Assembly: GCA_963841435.1 (NCBI GenBank)
Contig: CAWJCS010000006.1
Coordinates: forward strand, 384,001-448,000
Direction: 5' to 3'
From: an uncultured delta proteobacterium
GTDB taxonomy: Bacteria > Myxococcota_A > Polyangia > Polyangiales > Polyangiaceae
DNA length: 64,000 nt
In this document: piece by piece, positions 1 to 10,462 of the stretch
Position numbering within the stretch: position 1 is the stretch's first letter
Layout of the letters: each line of letters starts with the position of its first letter
Program-made: the position numbers and the translations under genes
Notes under the pieces: model-generated
The model's input: only the letters and a program-made list of their open reading frames with translations
Database searches by the model: none
Told to the model about the DNA's origin: nothing

Positions 1-647
1 AAGCCGAGCGCCTCGCGGCCGGCGTGATCGACCAGCTCACACCCAGCCGTTTCCGCGGCATTTATCGCAAGATCGCCTCCGATTTGAACGACGGCGTCGA
101 CAAGCAGCTCGCGAAGGGCGGTGGCCCGCGGCGCGGCCCGGCGGATTTCAAGGAGGTGCTCGGCGACCTGCCGGATCAACCTCAGATGAGCGCGTTCAGT
201 CTGCCGGGTGACGGCGCGGCGCCCTCGTCGGCATCCACGCAGGACTCAGGTCCGCTCCCGTCGCCTGCGGGGTCCCAGCCTCAGCGCTCCGCTCCCGGTC
301 GGGTCCTGCCGAGCCCTCCCGGCACGCCGAAGCGTCCTCGCCCCTCGCCGCAGGCGCCGGCCGTCGCGCCCGCTCAGCTCGACGCGACGATGCCCGAGGG
401 AGGGCTCACCGAGTGGGGTAGCGGTCAGCCGGACGAGGAGGAGTGGCGCGCCGTGTTCGCGGATTTCGTCGCGCTAAAGCAGCAGTGCGGCGAGAACGTC
501 GACGGCTTCACCTACGAAAAATTCGAGGTCACGCTCCGCAAGAACCGCGACACGCTCGTGCAACGGCACGGCGCCCGGCGCGTGAGGTTCAGCGTGTACG
601 TCAAGGAAGGCCGGGCCGCCCTCAAGGCGAACCCGATCAAGGAATAA
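1..647 (+). CDS. MXAN_5187-family protein, C-terminal part (5' end lies outside the window)
   Basis: Frame is open from position 3. A Pro-rich linker is followed by FTYEKFEVTLRKNRDTLVQRHGARRVRFSVYVKEGRAALKA, which resembles the myxobacterial MXAN_5187 C-terminal domain. Confidence 0.7.
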   Translation, partial: AERLAAGVIDQLTPSRFRGIYRKIASDLNDGVDKQLAKGGGPRRGPADFKEVLGDLPDQPQMSAFSLPGDGAAPSSASTQDSGPLPSPAGSQPQRSAPGRVLPSPPGTPKRPRPSPQAPAVAPAQLDATMPEGGLTEWGSGQPDEEEWRAVFADFVALKQQCGENVDGFTYEKFEVTLRKNRDTLVQRHGARRVRFSVYVKEGRAALKANPIKE

Positions 648-654
648 CGGCCCA

Positions 655-1617
655 ATGGCGGACCCCCGCATTCACAACGTGCTCATCATCGGCTCGGGCC
701 CGGCCGGGCTCACGGCGGCGATCTACGCGGCCCGCGCGAACCTCGCGCCATTGTGCGTCGAGGGGTTCAACGCCGGAGGGCTCATCCCCGGCGGTCAGCT
801 CATGTTCACTTCCGACGTCGAGAACTACCCGGGCTTCGAGAACGCCGTGAGTGGCCAGGAGCTGATGGGTGCCTTCCGCGCGCAGGCGGAGCGACAGGGT
901 GCCGAGCTCGTCACGGCCGACGTGCAGAAGGTCGATCTGTCGTCGCGACCCTTCAAGGTGTGGGTGGGCGAGGACGAAAACGTGCTTCACCTCGCGAAGA
1001 CGCTCGTCATCGCCACGGGAGCCCGGGCGAACTACCTCGGGCTTCCCAACGAGGAAAAGCTCAAGAACAAGGGCGTGAGCGCGTGCGCCGTGTGCGACGG
1101 AGCGCTGTTCCGGGGCCAGGACGTGGCTGTGGTGGGGGGTGGTGACACGGCCATGGAGGAGGCGTCGTACCTTGCGGGCCTTTGCGGCAAGGTGACGCTG
1201 ATTCATCGTCGCGACGAGTTCCGCGCCTCCAGGGTGATGGCCGACCGCGTGCGCAACAATCCGAAGATCAATCTGCTGTTGAGCCACGCCGTCGAAGACG
1301 TGCTCGACGCGTCCAAGGACCACGTGAGCGCCATTCGCGTGCGCGACCTCAAGACCAGCGAGCTGAAGACGTTGTCGGTCGGTGCGATGTTCGTCGCCAT
1401 CGGCCACACGCCGCTCACCGAGCTCTTCAAGGGACAGCTCGCGACGCACCCGAACGGTTATCTCAAGGTCGAGCCGGGCACGACGCGCACGAGCGTGTCG
1501 GGCGTCTTCGCGGCGGGCGACGTGGCCGACTGGACGTACCGCCAGGCCGTGACGGCAGCCGGCACGGGCTGCATGGCTGCGCTCGACGCCGAGCGCTTCC
1601 TGCAAGCGGAGCATTGA
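655..1617 (+). CDS. trxB: Thioredoxin-disulfide reductase
   Basis: GSGPAG FAD motif, CAVC redox motif, GGGDTAMEEA NADPH motif, C-terminal YRQAVTAAGTGCMAALDAE. Confidence 0.97.
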   Translation: MADPRIHNVLIIGSGPAGLTAAIYAARANLAPLCVEGFNAGGLIPGGQLMFTSDVENYPGFENAVSGQELMGAFRAQAERQGAELVTADVQKVDLSSRPFKVWVGEDENVLHLAKTLVIATGARANYLGLPNEEKLKNKGVSACAVCDGALFRGQDVAVVGGGDTAMEEASYLAGLCGKVTLIHRRDEFRASRVMADRVRNNPKINLLLSHAVEDVLDASKDHVSAIRVRDLKTSELKTLSVGAMFVAIGHTPLTELFKGQLATHPNGYLKVEPGTTRTSVSGVFAAGDVADWTYRQAVTAAGTGCMAALDAERFLQAEH

Positions 1618-1622
1618 GCGCC

Positions 1623-2507
1623 GTGAGCGAGGCGCCGGTTGACCCGCTCGCCGAGCTCACCGAGCTGACCCGCGCTCTCCGCGCCCACGCCGAATGGCTG
1701 CTCGCGACCGGCGCCGCCGGGCTCGAGCGCGCCGCGCCATCGGCCGCGACCGAGCTCAATCGGCCGGATCCCGAGCCGCCTTCGGGCTCGCTTGGACGCG
1801 CGGCCTCGCCACGGCGGCCGAGCCACCCGCCCGCGAGCGCCGCCGCAGCACCGCCCGCGGTCGCGTTCCCTCCAGTCGCCCAGGATCCGTCGCCGCCTCC
1901 GGCGGCCCGCGTGGCGCCGCTGCCGCCCGAGGAGCGCCGTCGTCGCCTCGACGTGCTGGCCGAGACCGTGCGCGGCTGCACGCGCTGCCCGCTCGCACCC
2001 GGTCGCACGCAGACCGTGTTCGCACGCGGTACGGGTGACGCGGGGCTGTGCTTCGTGGGGGAGGGGCCCGGTGCCGACGAGGATGCTCAGGGCTACCCGT
2101 TCGTCGGCAAGGCCGGTCAGCTGCTCGATCGCATGATCGCCGCGATGGGCCTTTTGCGCGACGACGTCTACGTCTGCAACATCGTGAAGTGTCGCCCGCC
2201 GAACAATCGCAAGCCCGAGCCCGAGGAGATGGCGGCGTGCATGCCGTATCTCCGTGAGCAACTCGAGATCGTCGCGCCGCAAGTGATCGTCGCGCTGGGA
2301 GCCACGGCAGTGCAGGGCCTGTTCGGCACGAGCGAGGGCATCACGCGCCTGCGCGGGCGCTGGAAGCTGTACGGCGGTGAGATCCCAGTGATGCCCACGT
2401 TTCACCCCGCGTACCTGCTTCGCAGCCCCGCCGCGAAGAAGGACGTGTGGGACGACCTGCAAGCCGTGCTCCGCCACATGGGTCGCCCGGTCCCCCCGCG
2501 GCGCTGA
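1623..2507 (+). CDS. udg: Uracil-DNA glycosylase, family 4 (4Fe-4S), with Pro-rich N-terminal extension
   Basis: CTRC, GEGPG, PFVGKAGQLL, KCRPPNNR and HPAYLLR motifs. GTG start at 1623, just after trxB. Confidence 0.92.
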   Translation: MSEAPVDPLAELTELTRALRAHAEWLLATGAAGLERAAPSAATELNRPDPEPPSGSLGRAASPRRPSHPPASAAAAPPAVAFPPVAQDPSPPPAARVAPLPPEERRRRLDVLAETVRGCTRCPLAPGRTQTVFARGTGDAGLCFVGEGPGADEDAQGYPFVGKAGQLLDRMIAAMGLLRDDVYVCNIVKCRPPNNRKPEPEEMAACMPYLREQLEIVAPQVIVALGATAVQGLFGTSEGITRLRGRWKLYGGEIPVMPTFHPAYLLRSPAAKKDVWDDLQAVLRHMGRPVPPRR

Positions 2508-2579
2508 GCCCGGCGCCTCGCCGCGCCCTCCGTGCGCTCGACTCGAGAAGGCTCGGGCGGCTCGTGATAGCGTTCTCGC

Positions 2580-3338
2580 GTGCAAATCTCGATTGTGAAT
2601 CGCACGCGGGGTGCCCTCACCGACGAGAAGCTCCTAGAGGTGATCCGCGCGATCAACCGTCAGGTGGAGCGCGACTTCGCTCCCTACTGGGACATGGGAG
2701 CGACGCTCCGGCTCGAGGGCGCCGTCGGGCGCCGCACGCTGAAGCACCTCGCCGAGCTTCGCGGCGACGCCGTAATCTACGTCGAGCAATCGATGCCGAA
2801 GGGCGAATACGACGGGTTCCACGAGGCGAACGCCGCCGGCATTCCTTACGGCGTCGTTCAGGTCGACCTCGCCAAGGAGCTGGAAGAGCCCTGGTCCGTC
2901 ACGCTCTCGCACGAAGTGCTCGAGCTCATCGCCGATCCGCAGTCCAACCTGCTCGTGCCGGGGCCCGAGCCCGGGACGAGGCGTCGCGTGCTCTTCTGGT
3001 ACGAGGTTTGCGATGCCGTGCAGACCGAGACCTACGCCATCGACGGCATCGAGGTCTCGAACTTCGTCCTGCCGCTCTATTTCACCGAGGGCCAGGAGAT
3101 CGGCGGGCGGAACGACTTTCTGGGTCGCCGGCACGACGGCGAGATGTTGCGCTCCTTCGGCGTGAATCCCGGTGGGTACGTCGGGTACCTCGTCCCGAGA
3201 ACGGGCAAGGACCACGTTTACGAGCCCGACGACCTCGCGCGCCGCCGCCGTACCGTAAAGGCGAAGGCCAAACGCACGCGCCGTTCGGCGCGCTACGCCA
3301 AGCTGCTCAAAGCGACGCGCTCGACGCGGCGCTCCTAG
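2580..3338 (+). CDS. Hypothetical protein with SHExxE-xxxDP motif (possible zinc-binding/EXORDIUM-like fold) and basic C-terminal tail
   Basis: Clean high-GC3 ORF containing SHEVLELIADP and WYEVCDAV. TG-a-TAGCGT lies 6 nt upstream of the GTG. Confidence 0.7.
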   Translation: MQISIVNRTRGALTDEKLLEVIRAINRQVERDFAPYWDMGATLRLEGAVGRRTLKHLAELRGDAVIYVEQSMPKGEYDGFHEANAAGIPYGVVQVDLAKELEEPWSVTLSHEVLELIADPQSNLLVPGPEPGTRRRVLFWYEVCDAVQTETYAIDGIEVSNFVLPLYFTEGQEIGGRNDFLGRRHDGEMLRSFGVNPGGYVGYLVPRTGKDHVYEPDDLARRRRTVKAKAKRTRRSARYAKLLKATRSTRRS

Positions 3339-3410
3339 CCTCGCCCCGTCGAACTGGAGCCTGGCTTCCGGCGCCTCGATCCGGGCGGCGGCGGCCTCGG
3401 CCGCGCGGGC

Positions 3411-5285
3411 TCAGAGCCCGATCTCGAACCCGAGCGACGGCTGGATCACGAAGCCGCTCGCCGGCAGCATGTACATGAAGTTCGCGTTGATGAGGATGCC
3501 CATGTTGTCCTTGAACGCAATCATGCCGCCCACGGACGCGGTCGCGAACCCCTGGCCCATCTTCTTCCAGCCGTCGACGGGGACCTGCTTGTAGTACCGG
3601 TAGTTGTAGTAGCCCTTGCCGAATTTACACTGCTGAAAGGGCGTGTATGTCTTCTCCGGGTTCGAGCCCGGCACCGTGTAGCTCAACGCCTGTTCGGGGT
3701 GCGCGTTGAGATCCGCGTTCACGCCGGCGTCGTTGCAGTCGTACTCGGGGATGCTGACCTTGGCGTCAACCTGCGCCATGCCGCCACCGAGCGACACGTA
3801 CGCTCGCAAGAATTTCTTCGTGAGGGGCAAGAACCAGAAGGTGCCGTGCACCTCGAGGTGGAACGGGAGAAAGGCGGTGCCACCCACGCCCTTCGAGTGT
3901 GGCGACGGTTGCCCGCTCCCAGCGACGTAGCCCTTGATCCCCTGGCCAGCCGGCGGGCCACCCCCGAAGGCGTAGCCGACGCGGCCGCCGAGGCTCAGGA
4001 TAGGCAAGAACGCCCGATCGTAGGAGAGCAAGAGGCGCTGCGTCGCGAGCACCATGCCCTGCTGGATACCGTCGCGGTACGGAAACGGGGTGCGCACGAA
4101 GGGCTCGTCGGAAGTCCCCTCGTAAAAGCACGCGTAGTTCTCGTTGGCTTGGCCGAGTGTCGGATCACAGACGTTGTTGCCGCCGACGATCGCGAAATCT
4201 TGCGCGAAGTGCAGGCCGAGCCAGTTCTTCTTGTACGGGCCTGCCGCGCTCGACGTGCCGGCGCCAGCCGGCAGATCGCACTTTCCCGACTTGCAGTAGC
4301 CGGTCGCGCAATCGTCGTTGCTCTCGCAGCTCGGCGCTGTCTCGCAGGTGCCGTCCTGGCAGAGCAGGCCGCATTTGCATTGCACCGAGTTGTCGCACGA
4401 GGCGCCCCAGTCCTTTTCGCCGCGACCTTCGCATTCGGAATTGCCGCTCGAGCAACCGGGAAAGTCCGGAGGGCACTCGCCCGCCGCCTGGCAGCGCGCG
4501 GGAGCTTCCTCGCCGTCGAAGGCCGGAGGCTCTTCCTGGACTCCTTCCGCGAGCTGAAACTCGTTCGGCTGCTGCTTGCTGCCCCAGCTGTCGACCTGCT
4601 CCCCCTGACGGTCCTTGGCCCGCACGTAGACGCGCAGGGTGCCGGCGATGCCCGTCGCCGTGCAGGGAATCGTCGCGCGGAACGCGTCGCCTTTCTTCTG
4701 CATTGCGAGGGTTTTCCAGGTATCGGACCCGAACGACTTGTACTTGACCTCCATGGTCGCGACTTCTTCGTCGCTCTGGCACTGCATGGGGATCGCGCGT
4801 CGCGTTTCGATCTCCGTGACGCTCGGCGTGCAATCCATCCCGCCGCCGCTCGGCGCCGACTCGACGGGCTCGGCTTCCGGCGGCTCCTCCGACGCGACCG
4901 CCGCGCCCCCACCCACGACGGCGGCGAACGTCGCCTGCGTCTCGGGGGTCGCGAGCACCATGTCGAGCTTCACGTTCGGGTCCGCAGCGGCGGCCTTCTG
5001 GAACGCCTCTTTCGCGCCCGGTTGGTTGTTCTTGCCGCTGCCCCGCACGATCCCGACGTACATCCAGGCGCGGCCGAACACCTGGGGGCTACACTTGTCG
5101 CCGCACGCATTGATGGTGCCCAGCAAAACGCCCTCGGCCTTCTCGAAGTCCGTGGCCACGTAGTGCAGGTTGATCGCTTCGTCGATCTTCTTGTTCGCCG
5201 CGTTGTCGCGCGTGTATTGCGCCTTGAGCGGCAAAGCGACGAGAACCAAGCAAGCGATCGAGAGCAACCGGAACAGTCGGTACAA
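3411..5285 (-). CDS. Secreted/outer-membrane multidomain protein (TPR-like N-terminus, Ig-like domain, Cys-rich segment, beta-barrel-like C-terminus)
   Basis: Signal peptide, GGAGG SD, Cys cluster CDNSVQCKCGLLCQDGTC, amphipathic strands ending in GFEIGL. Confidence 0.75.
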   Translation of the reverse strand: MYRLFRLLSIACLVLVALPLKAQYTRDNAANKKIDEAINLHYVATDFEKAEGVLLGTINACGDKCSPQVFGRAWMYVGIVRGSGKNNQPGAKEAFQKAAAADPNVKLDMVLATPETQATFAAVVGGGAAVASEEPPEAEPVESAPSGGGMDCTPSVTEIETRRAIPMQCQSDEEVATMEVKYKSFGSDTWKTLAMQKKGDAFRATIPCTATGIAGTLRVYVRAKDRQGEQVDSWGSKQQPNEFQLAEGVQEEPPAFDGEEAPARCQAAGECPPDFPGCSSGNSECEGRGEKDWGASCDNSVQCKCGLLCQDGTCETAPSCESNDDCATGYCKSGKCDLPAGAGTSSAAGPYKKNWLGLHFAQDFAIVGGNNVCDPTLGQANENYACFYEGTSDEPFVRTPFPYRDGIQQGMVLATQRLLLSYDRAFLPILSLGGRVGYAFGGGPPAGQGIKGYVAGSGQPSPHSKGVGGTAFLPFHLEVHGTFWFLPLTKKFLRAYVSLGGGMAQVDAKVSIPEYDCNDAGVNADLNAHPEQALSYTVPGSNPEKTYTPFQQCKFGKGYYNYRYYKQVPVDGWKKMGQGFATASVGGMIAFKDNMGILINANFMYMLPASGFVIQPSLGFEIGL

Positions 5286-5361
5286 GAGTCCTCCAGAGGG
5301 AGTCGGGGCCGGGCGCGAGCCTAGCGCGACTTTTCGCCCGAGGCTCGTGACGCGGCCGGCA

Positions 5362-6389
<1,028 letters not shown>

Positions 6390-6393
<4 letters not shown>

Positions 6394-6725
6394 CGACCCG
6401 CTCCCCGCCGCGCTTCACGTGAGAGCTGGATGGCCTTGTCCGCGTACTCCTCGCCAATCCCCGCGAGCTCGATCGCGTCGCCGTAGTCTCCTTCGGAGGC
6501 TTCGCTCTGGGCCTTGTCGATGTGCTGCAAGGCGAACCAGTACTCGTAGGGCGCGTACTCTTCGGCGCCGAGCTCGTGTGCTTCCTCGAGCTTGGAGGAC
6601 GCGGAGTTCACCTGGATCGCGTAGAGCGTGTTGCCGCAACCTGTGCTCAAGAACGGCAGCGCCGCGAGAGCCAAGACAGGCAGCACCTGAAAGCGGCGCT
6701 TGCTCGTGGTAGGCGGGGTGGGCAT
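6390..6725 (-). CDS. DUF4398-domain lipoprotein
   Basis: Lipobox STGC and AHELGAEEYAPYEY...A...A...Y helical pattern. Stop overlaps the OmpA-family gene start. Confidence 0.8.
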
Positions 6726-6926
6726 CTTGGGAGCGAACCTAGCGCGTCGCGTTTTCAGCGCGAACGCTAGCAATTCGGCTAAGTTTCCGTCAACCACGGC
6801 GTTCTCTTGGAGCCGGGCGACGCGCGCTTTTTCTCGCCTCGCCACCTCGCTCCCGCGCTTTCCCCCATAATCGAGGGCCGGACCCCACCCTGGAGCGCCC
6901 CGTTTGGCGGTGCCGGGGGCACCCCC

Positions 6927-7571
6927 TCAGATCCGCCGGTACACGCCCACGACCTTGCCGAGGAGCATGGTCGACTTGAAATCGGTCGCCCGGACCAGAA
7001 TTGGGGCCATCTTGGCGTTCGCGGGCTGAAAGCGCACGTAGTCGCGCTCCGGGTAGAAGTACTTCACGGTGGCCTCGTCGCCGATCAGCGCGACGACGAT
7101 GTCGCCTCGCTCGGCCACGGCCTGCTTGCGCACGAAGATGTAGTCGCCGCCCAGGATCCCGGCCTCGATCATCGAATCGCCCGTGACCCGCAGGCCGAAG
7201 ATCTCTCGGCCCCCGCGGATCAGCATGCGGTCGACCCTCACGGTATCGACCACGTTCTCCTCGGCGAGCAGGGGCAGGCCGGCGGCCACCCGACCGAGCA
7301 CGGGGACATCGATAATGTCCTCCTCGGTGAGCGGAGCGCGGGCGCTGACCGGCATGTTGTCTTCCACCAGCTTCAAGGCACGGCTCTTCATGTCCTCGCG
7401 GCGAAGGTAGCCCTTGCGCTCCAGCGCCCGCAGGTGGTCGTTCACCCCGTTGGTCGACCGGATCCCCATGTGCTCGCCGATTTCGCGAAGTGTGGGGGGA
7501 TACCCCCGGTCCTCGATGGACTTTCGAATGAAATCGAGCGTCTGCTCCTGGCGCTGCGTCAGGCCCTGCAT
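6927..7571 (-). CDS. lexA: SOS response repressor LexA
   Basis: LTQRQ...[17 protein letters not shown] cleavage site, GDSM (Ser) and TVK (Lys) catalytic dyad. Confidence 0.97.
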   Translation of the reverse strand: MQGLTQRQEQTLDFIRKSIEDRGYPPTLREIGEHMGIRSTNGVNDHLRALERKGYLRREDMKSRALKLVEDNMPVSARAPLTEEDIIDVPVLGRVAAGLPLLAEENVVDTVRVDRMLIRGGREIFGLRVTGDSMIEAGILGGDYIFVRKQAVAERGDIVVALIGDEATVKYFYPERDYVRFQPANAKMAPILVRATDFKSTMLLGKVVGVYRRI

Positions 7572-7583
7572 GGTTCTCGGGGC

Positions 7584-7612
7584 AGCGTACTGAACGGGTG
7601 TTACGAAGTCAA
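7584..7612 (-). promoter_or_regulatory. Sigma70-type lexA promoter, TTGACT-N17-TACGCT
   Basis: -35 at 7612-7607 and -10 at 7589-7584 on the minus strand, exact 17-nt spacer. Confidence 0.7.
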
Positions 7613-7634
7613 ACTTTCCGTGGCAGACGTTTAG
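7590..7634. promoter_or_regulatory. Two putative LexA (SOS) boxes, 7590-7605 and 7619-7634
   Basis: CGTAAC-ACCC-GTTCAG (minus strand) and CGTGGC-AGAC-GTTTAG (plus strand), inverted relative to each other. The first matches 14 of 17 positions of the M. xanthus box CTRHAMRYBYGTTCAGS. Confidence 0.65.
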
Positions 7635-7750
7635 GTAGGCAAGCTCGCGCGTCGCGGCGAGCCGGCCCCGCGCCCGGTCCACCGACGGCGCCCGCCGTGA
7701 CACCGGTGCGCCAGCCGCGCCCGGGGGGCCTCGCCCATGGGCGTCGCCGC

Positions 7751-8215
7751 TCAGAACTTGCCGCTCACCGAGAGGAACGTGAGCTTGTCGTTCGTCTCGC
7801 GGAGGCGCGTCACGAGCATGCGGACGATGCTCCAGAGCACCTCGTACGCGAGGTCCTTGTGCAAAAAGAGCAGGTCGTCGAAGCCGTCCTTCGCGATCGC
7901 GAGCAGGCGGCAGCGTTCATGGACCCGGGCGTCCGCGGAGCGAGGCGACTCGTCGAGCAGCGCCATTTCACCGAAGACCTGCCCGGGCCCGAGCACGGCG
8001 AGCGCTTCCTCTCCCATGCCGGGCACCTCGCGGCTGATCCGCACCTTGCCTTCGAGGATGAGGTAGAGCTTGTCGCCCGCGTCGCCGTGCTGGAAAATCT
8101 TGGTGCCGAGCGCGTGGGTTTCCTCGGCGGCCACCTTGGCGATGAGCTCGAGCGCCGCGGGCTTGAGCCCCGAGAAGAGGTCGACCCTGGCGAGCTGCTC
8201 CAGGTGGTTTTCCAT
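7751..8215 (-). CDS. Stand-alone cyclic nucleotide-binding domain protein
   Basis: [19 protein letters not shown]...[16 protein letters not shown]. No HTH domain. Confidence 0.9.
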   Translation of the reverse strand: MENHLEQLARVDLFSGLKPAALELIAKVAAEETHALGTKIFQHGDAGDKLYLILEGKVRISREVPGMGEEALAVLGPGQVFGEMALLDESPRSADARVHERCRLLAIAKDGFDDLLFLHKDLAYEVLWSIVRMLVTRLRETNDKLTFLSVSGKF

Positions 8216-8304
8216 CTAAGCTCGAGATGCTATCCCGGAACGCCGGCCTTTCCCAGGCGTTCCCTTGGTGTTCCCTCGTTTTCGAGCGAGGGCCGGTCCT
8301 CGAG

Positions 8305-9172
8305 TCAACGCGTGAACTTGATGACGAAGGGTGGCATGCTGCGCTCTGCAGGGCGACCCATGGTGTCGAGTGGCGGGTCGAACACCTTGGTCTTCGCGCA
8401 GCGCTCTGCCCGCGCGCCGAAGCCGTAGCCCGGCGGGCTCTCGCTGAGCACGACGGCGGACTTCACGCGGCCCGTCGCCGTGATCGTGAGGGCGATCTGC
8501 ACCTTGGCGAGGTTGATGCCCTCTGGATCGGCCGCCGGCGGGAAGCCGCAGCTCTGCCAGTCCACCGAGCCTGGCGGGGGCAACCGCGACCGATCGACGC
8601 TCGGTGCGGGCGGCGCGACGACGCGCGGCGCCGTGCCCGTGCCCGTGGGCGAGGCCTGGGCCGTACGGACGGCCTTCTTGCCGGTGCCGGTGCTCGCCGT
8701 GACTCCGCCTGCGAAGCGCTCGCTGGTGCCGCTCACGAAGCCCTCACCCGTGAGGTCGACGGGCTCGTCGGGGTCGGGCTCGGCCGTGAGCACCTTGCCG
8801 GCTTCGGCGGCGGCGGGAGGGGGCGCGCCCGCGGGGGGCGGGGGCGCGGCGCGAGTTTGCGCGGGGGGCGGCGGCTCTTTTTCCGGCTCCGGCTCGGGGA
8901 CCGGCGGCGGCGGCGCGGGCGGCGTCGAAATCGATGTCCACCTGCGAATGCAGTCGGTCGTGCACGTCCTCACGGACCGAGCGGGCGAGCTCGGCGAGGT
9001 AGGGCAGGGAACGCATGGCCCGCGCCCCGGCCGTGCCGTGCGCGCCGAGCGCGATGGCCAGGCCGATGGTGAGTGCGAGCGGCCCTCGCCGGTCCAGCGC
9101 CAGCACCCGAGCGAGCGGTTCGACGGGGGCGTCGTCGCTCCCCGCTGCCGGGGCCCTGGATGGCGCGTTCAT
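8305..9172 (-). CDS. tonB: Energy transducer TonB (one +1 frameshift near 8928-8930)
   Basis: N-terminal TM with His (IALGAHG) in one frame. Pro-rich linker and TonB C-terminal domain (GRVKSAVVLSESPPGYGFG) in the next frame. Follows exbD. Confidence 0.8.
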
Positions 9173-9178
9173 CGTCGC

Positions 9179-9616
9179 TCAGTGCGGTGCTTCCACCGGC
9201 ACGCCCTCCTGGTTCGGGCTCACGGCAAAAGCAATCTTGGCAATGCCCGCGCGCTTCAAGAGGTCGAGCACGTGGATGACCCGACCGTGCTCCACCTTCT
9301 TGTCCGCGCGGATCACCGCGCGCAGATCCTTGTTGCGATTGTGTGCGGTCTTGGCAAGGCCCGAGATGGCATCGTCGTTGGCGACCTGCTCCGAATCCAC
9401 GCGCGTGCGCCCGTCGAGGCTGAGCTCGACGGAAAAGATCGTCTGCACCGACTCACCGCTCGCCGCCTTCGGCAGATCCATGGGCATGCCTTGCGAGACG
9501 ATGATCTTCGCCGTGACCATGAAGATGATGAGCAGCACCAGCGTCACGTCGACGAGCGGCGTCACGTTGATGCCCGCGATCAAGCCGTCGTCGTCGTTCT
9601 GGTTGCCGCCCGCCAT
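9179..9616 (-). CDS. exbD: Biopolymer transport protein ExbD/TolR
   Basis: INVTPLVDVTLVLLIIFMVT and VIRADKKVEHGRV motifs. Confidence 0.93.
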   Translation of the reverse strand: MAGGNQNDDDGLIAGINVTPLVDVTLVLLIIFMVTAKIIVSQGMPMDLPKAASGESVQTIFSVELSLDGRTRVDSEQVANDDAISGLAKTAHNRNKDLRAVIRADKKVEHGRVIHVLDLLKRAGIAKIAFAVSPNQEGVPVEAPH

Positions 9617-9618
9617 GG

Positions 9619-10305
9619 TCAGTCCTCTTTGTCGCCGCGGGGCGTGCTCTTGGGCTCGCCCACGAGGTAGGAGAGGAGTACGTGGCTCAGCGCGTCGGTG
9701 TTCGCAAGAATGGTCCGCGACGCGCGCTGATAGTAGTTGTACATGGCGACCGCGGGGATCGCGACCGCGAGGCCAACGGCCGTCGCCACGAGCGCCTCGG
9801 CGATGGCCGCCATGACCTCCGTGGGAGCGGAGAAGGCCGCGTCCTTGGCGGCGATGGCCGTCGGCTTCTTGCCGAGCGCCTCGAACGCCTGCACGACGCC
9901 GATGACGGTGCCGAACAGCCCGATGAAGGGGGCGTTGTTGCCGAGCGTGCCGAGGAACGCGAGCCGTCGCTCGAGCTTCATGCGCTGGAGCGCCTGCGCC
10001 CCCTGCATGGCTTCCTCCGCGGCGCGGGCGCCGCGATCGGCCTCGAGCATGCCTGCGACGACCACGGCGGCTTCGGCGCTCGGCGATTGCTCGAGCAGCT
10101 TCTGCGCGCCCTCCATGTCGTCGTTGCGAAGCCGGTCACGCAGGTCGCGTGCGAGGCGCCCGATGTCGTCGCGCAGCGACCAGTAGAACCAACCGCGCTC
10201 GAGCATGATCGCCACCGATATGACGCTCAGGCCGATCAAGAGCCACATGACCCACCCCGCGCCGAAGTTGGTCATCAAGTGTTGGAGCCATTCCACCAGG
10301 TTCAT
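9619..10305 (-). CDS. exbB: MotA/TolQ/ExbB proton channel protein
   Basis: LGTLGNNAPFIGLFGTV and IAEALVATAVGLAVAIPA motifs. Confidence 0.93.
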   Translation of the reverse strand: MNLVEWLQHLMTNFGAGWVMWLLIGLSVISVAIMLERGWFYWSLRDDIGRLARDLRDRLRNDDMEGAQKLLEQSPSAEAAVVVAGMLEADRGARAAEEAMQGAQALQRMKLERRLAFLGTLGNNAPFIGLFGTVIGVVQAFEALGKKPTAIAAKDAAFSAPTEVMAAIAEALVATAVGLAVAIPAVAMYNYYQRASRTILANTDALSHVLLSYLVGEPKSTPRGDKED

Positions 10306-10462
10306 CGTGATCCTCGGGACAGTTGCCGGGTTATCCTTAGGGCCAAGCCCGACCCTTGCCCAGCGGGAAACGGCCCGCTCCTAGCACACCCCGCGGGCTT
10401 GGGCCCCCCGGAGGGGCCGTTTTCCCGTGACGGCAGAGCGGCCGGTTCCCCGGCCCGGTGGC

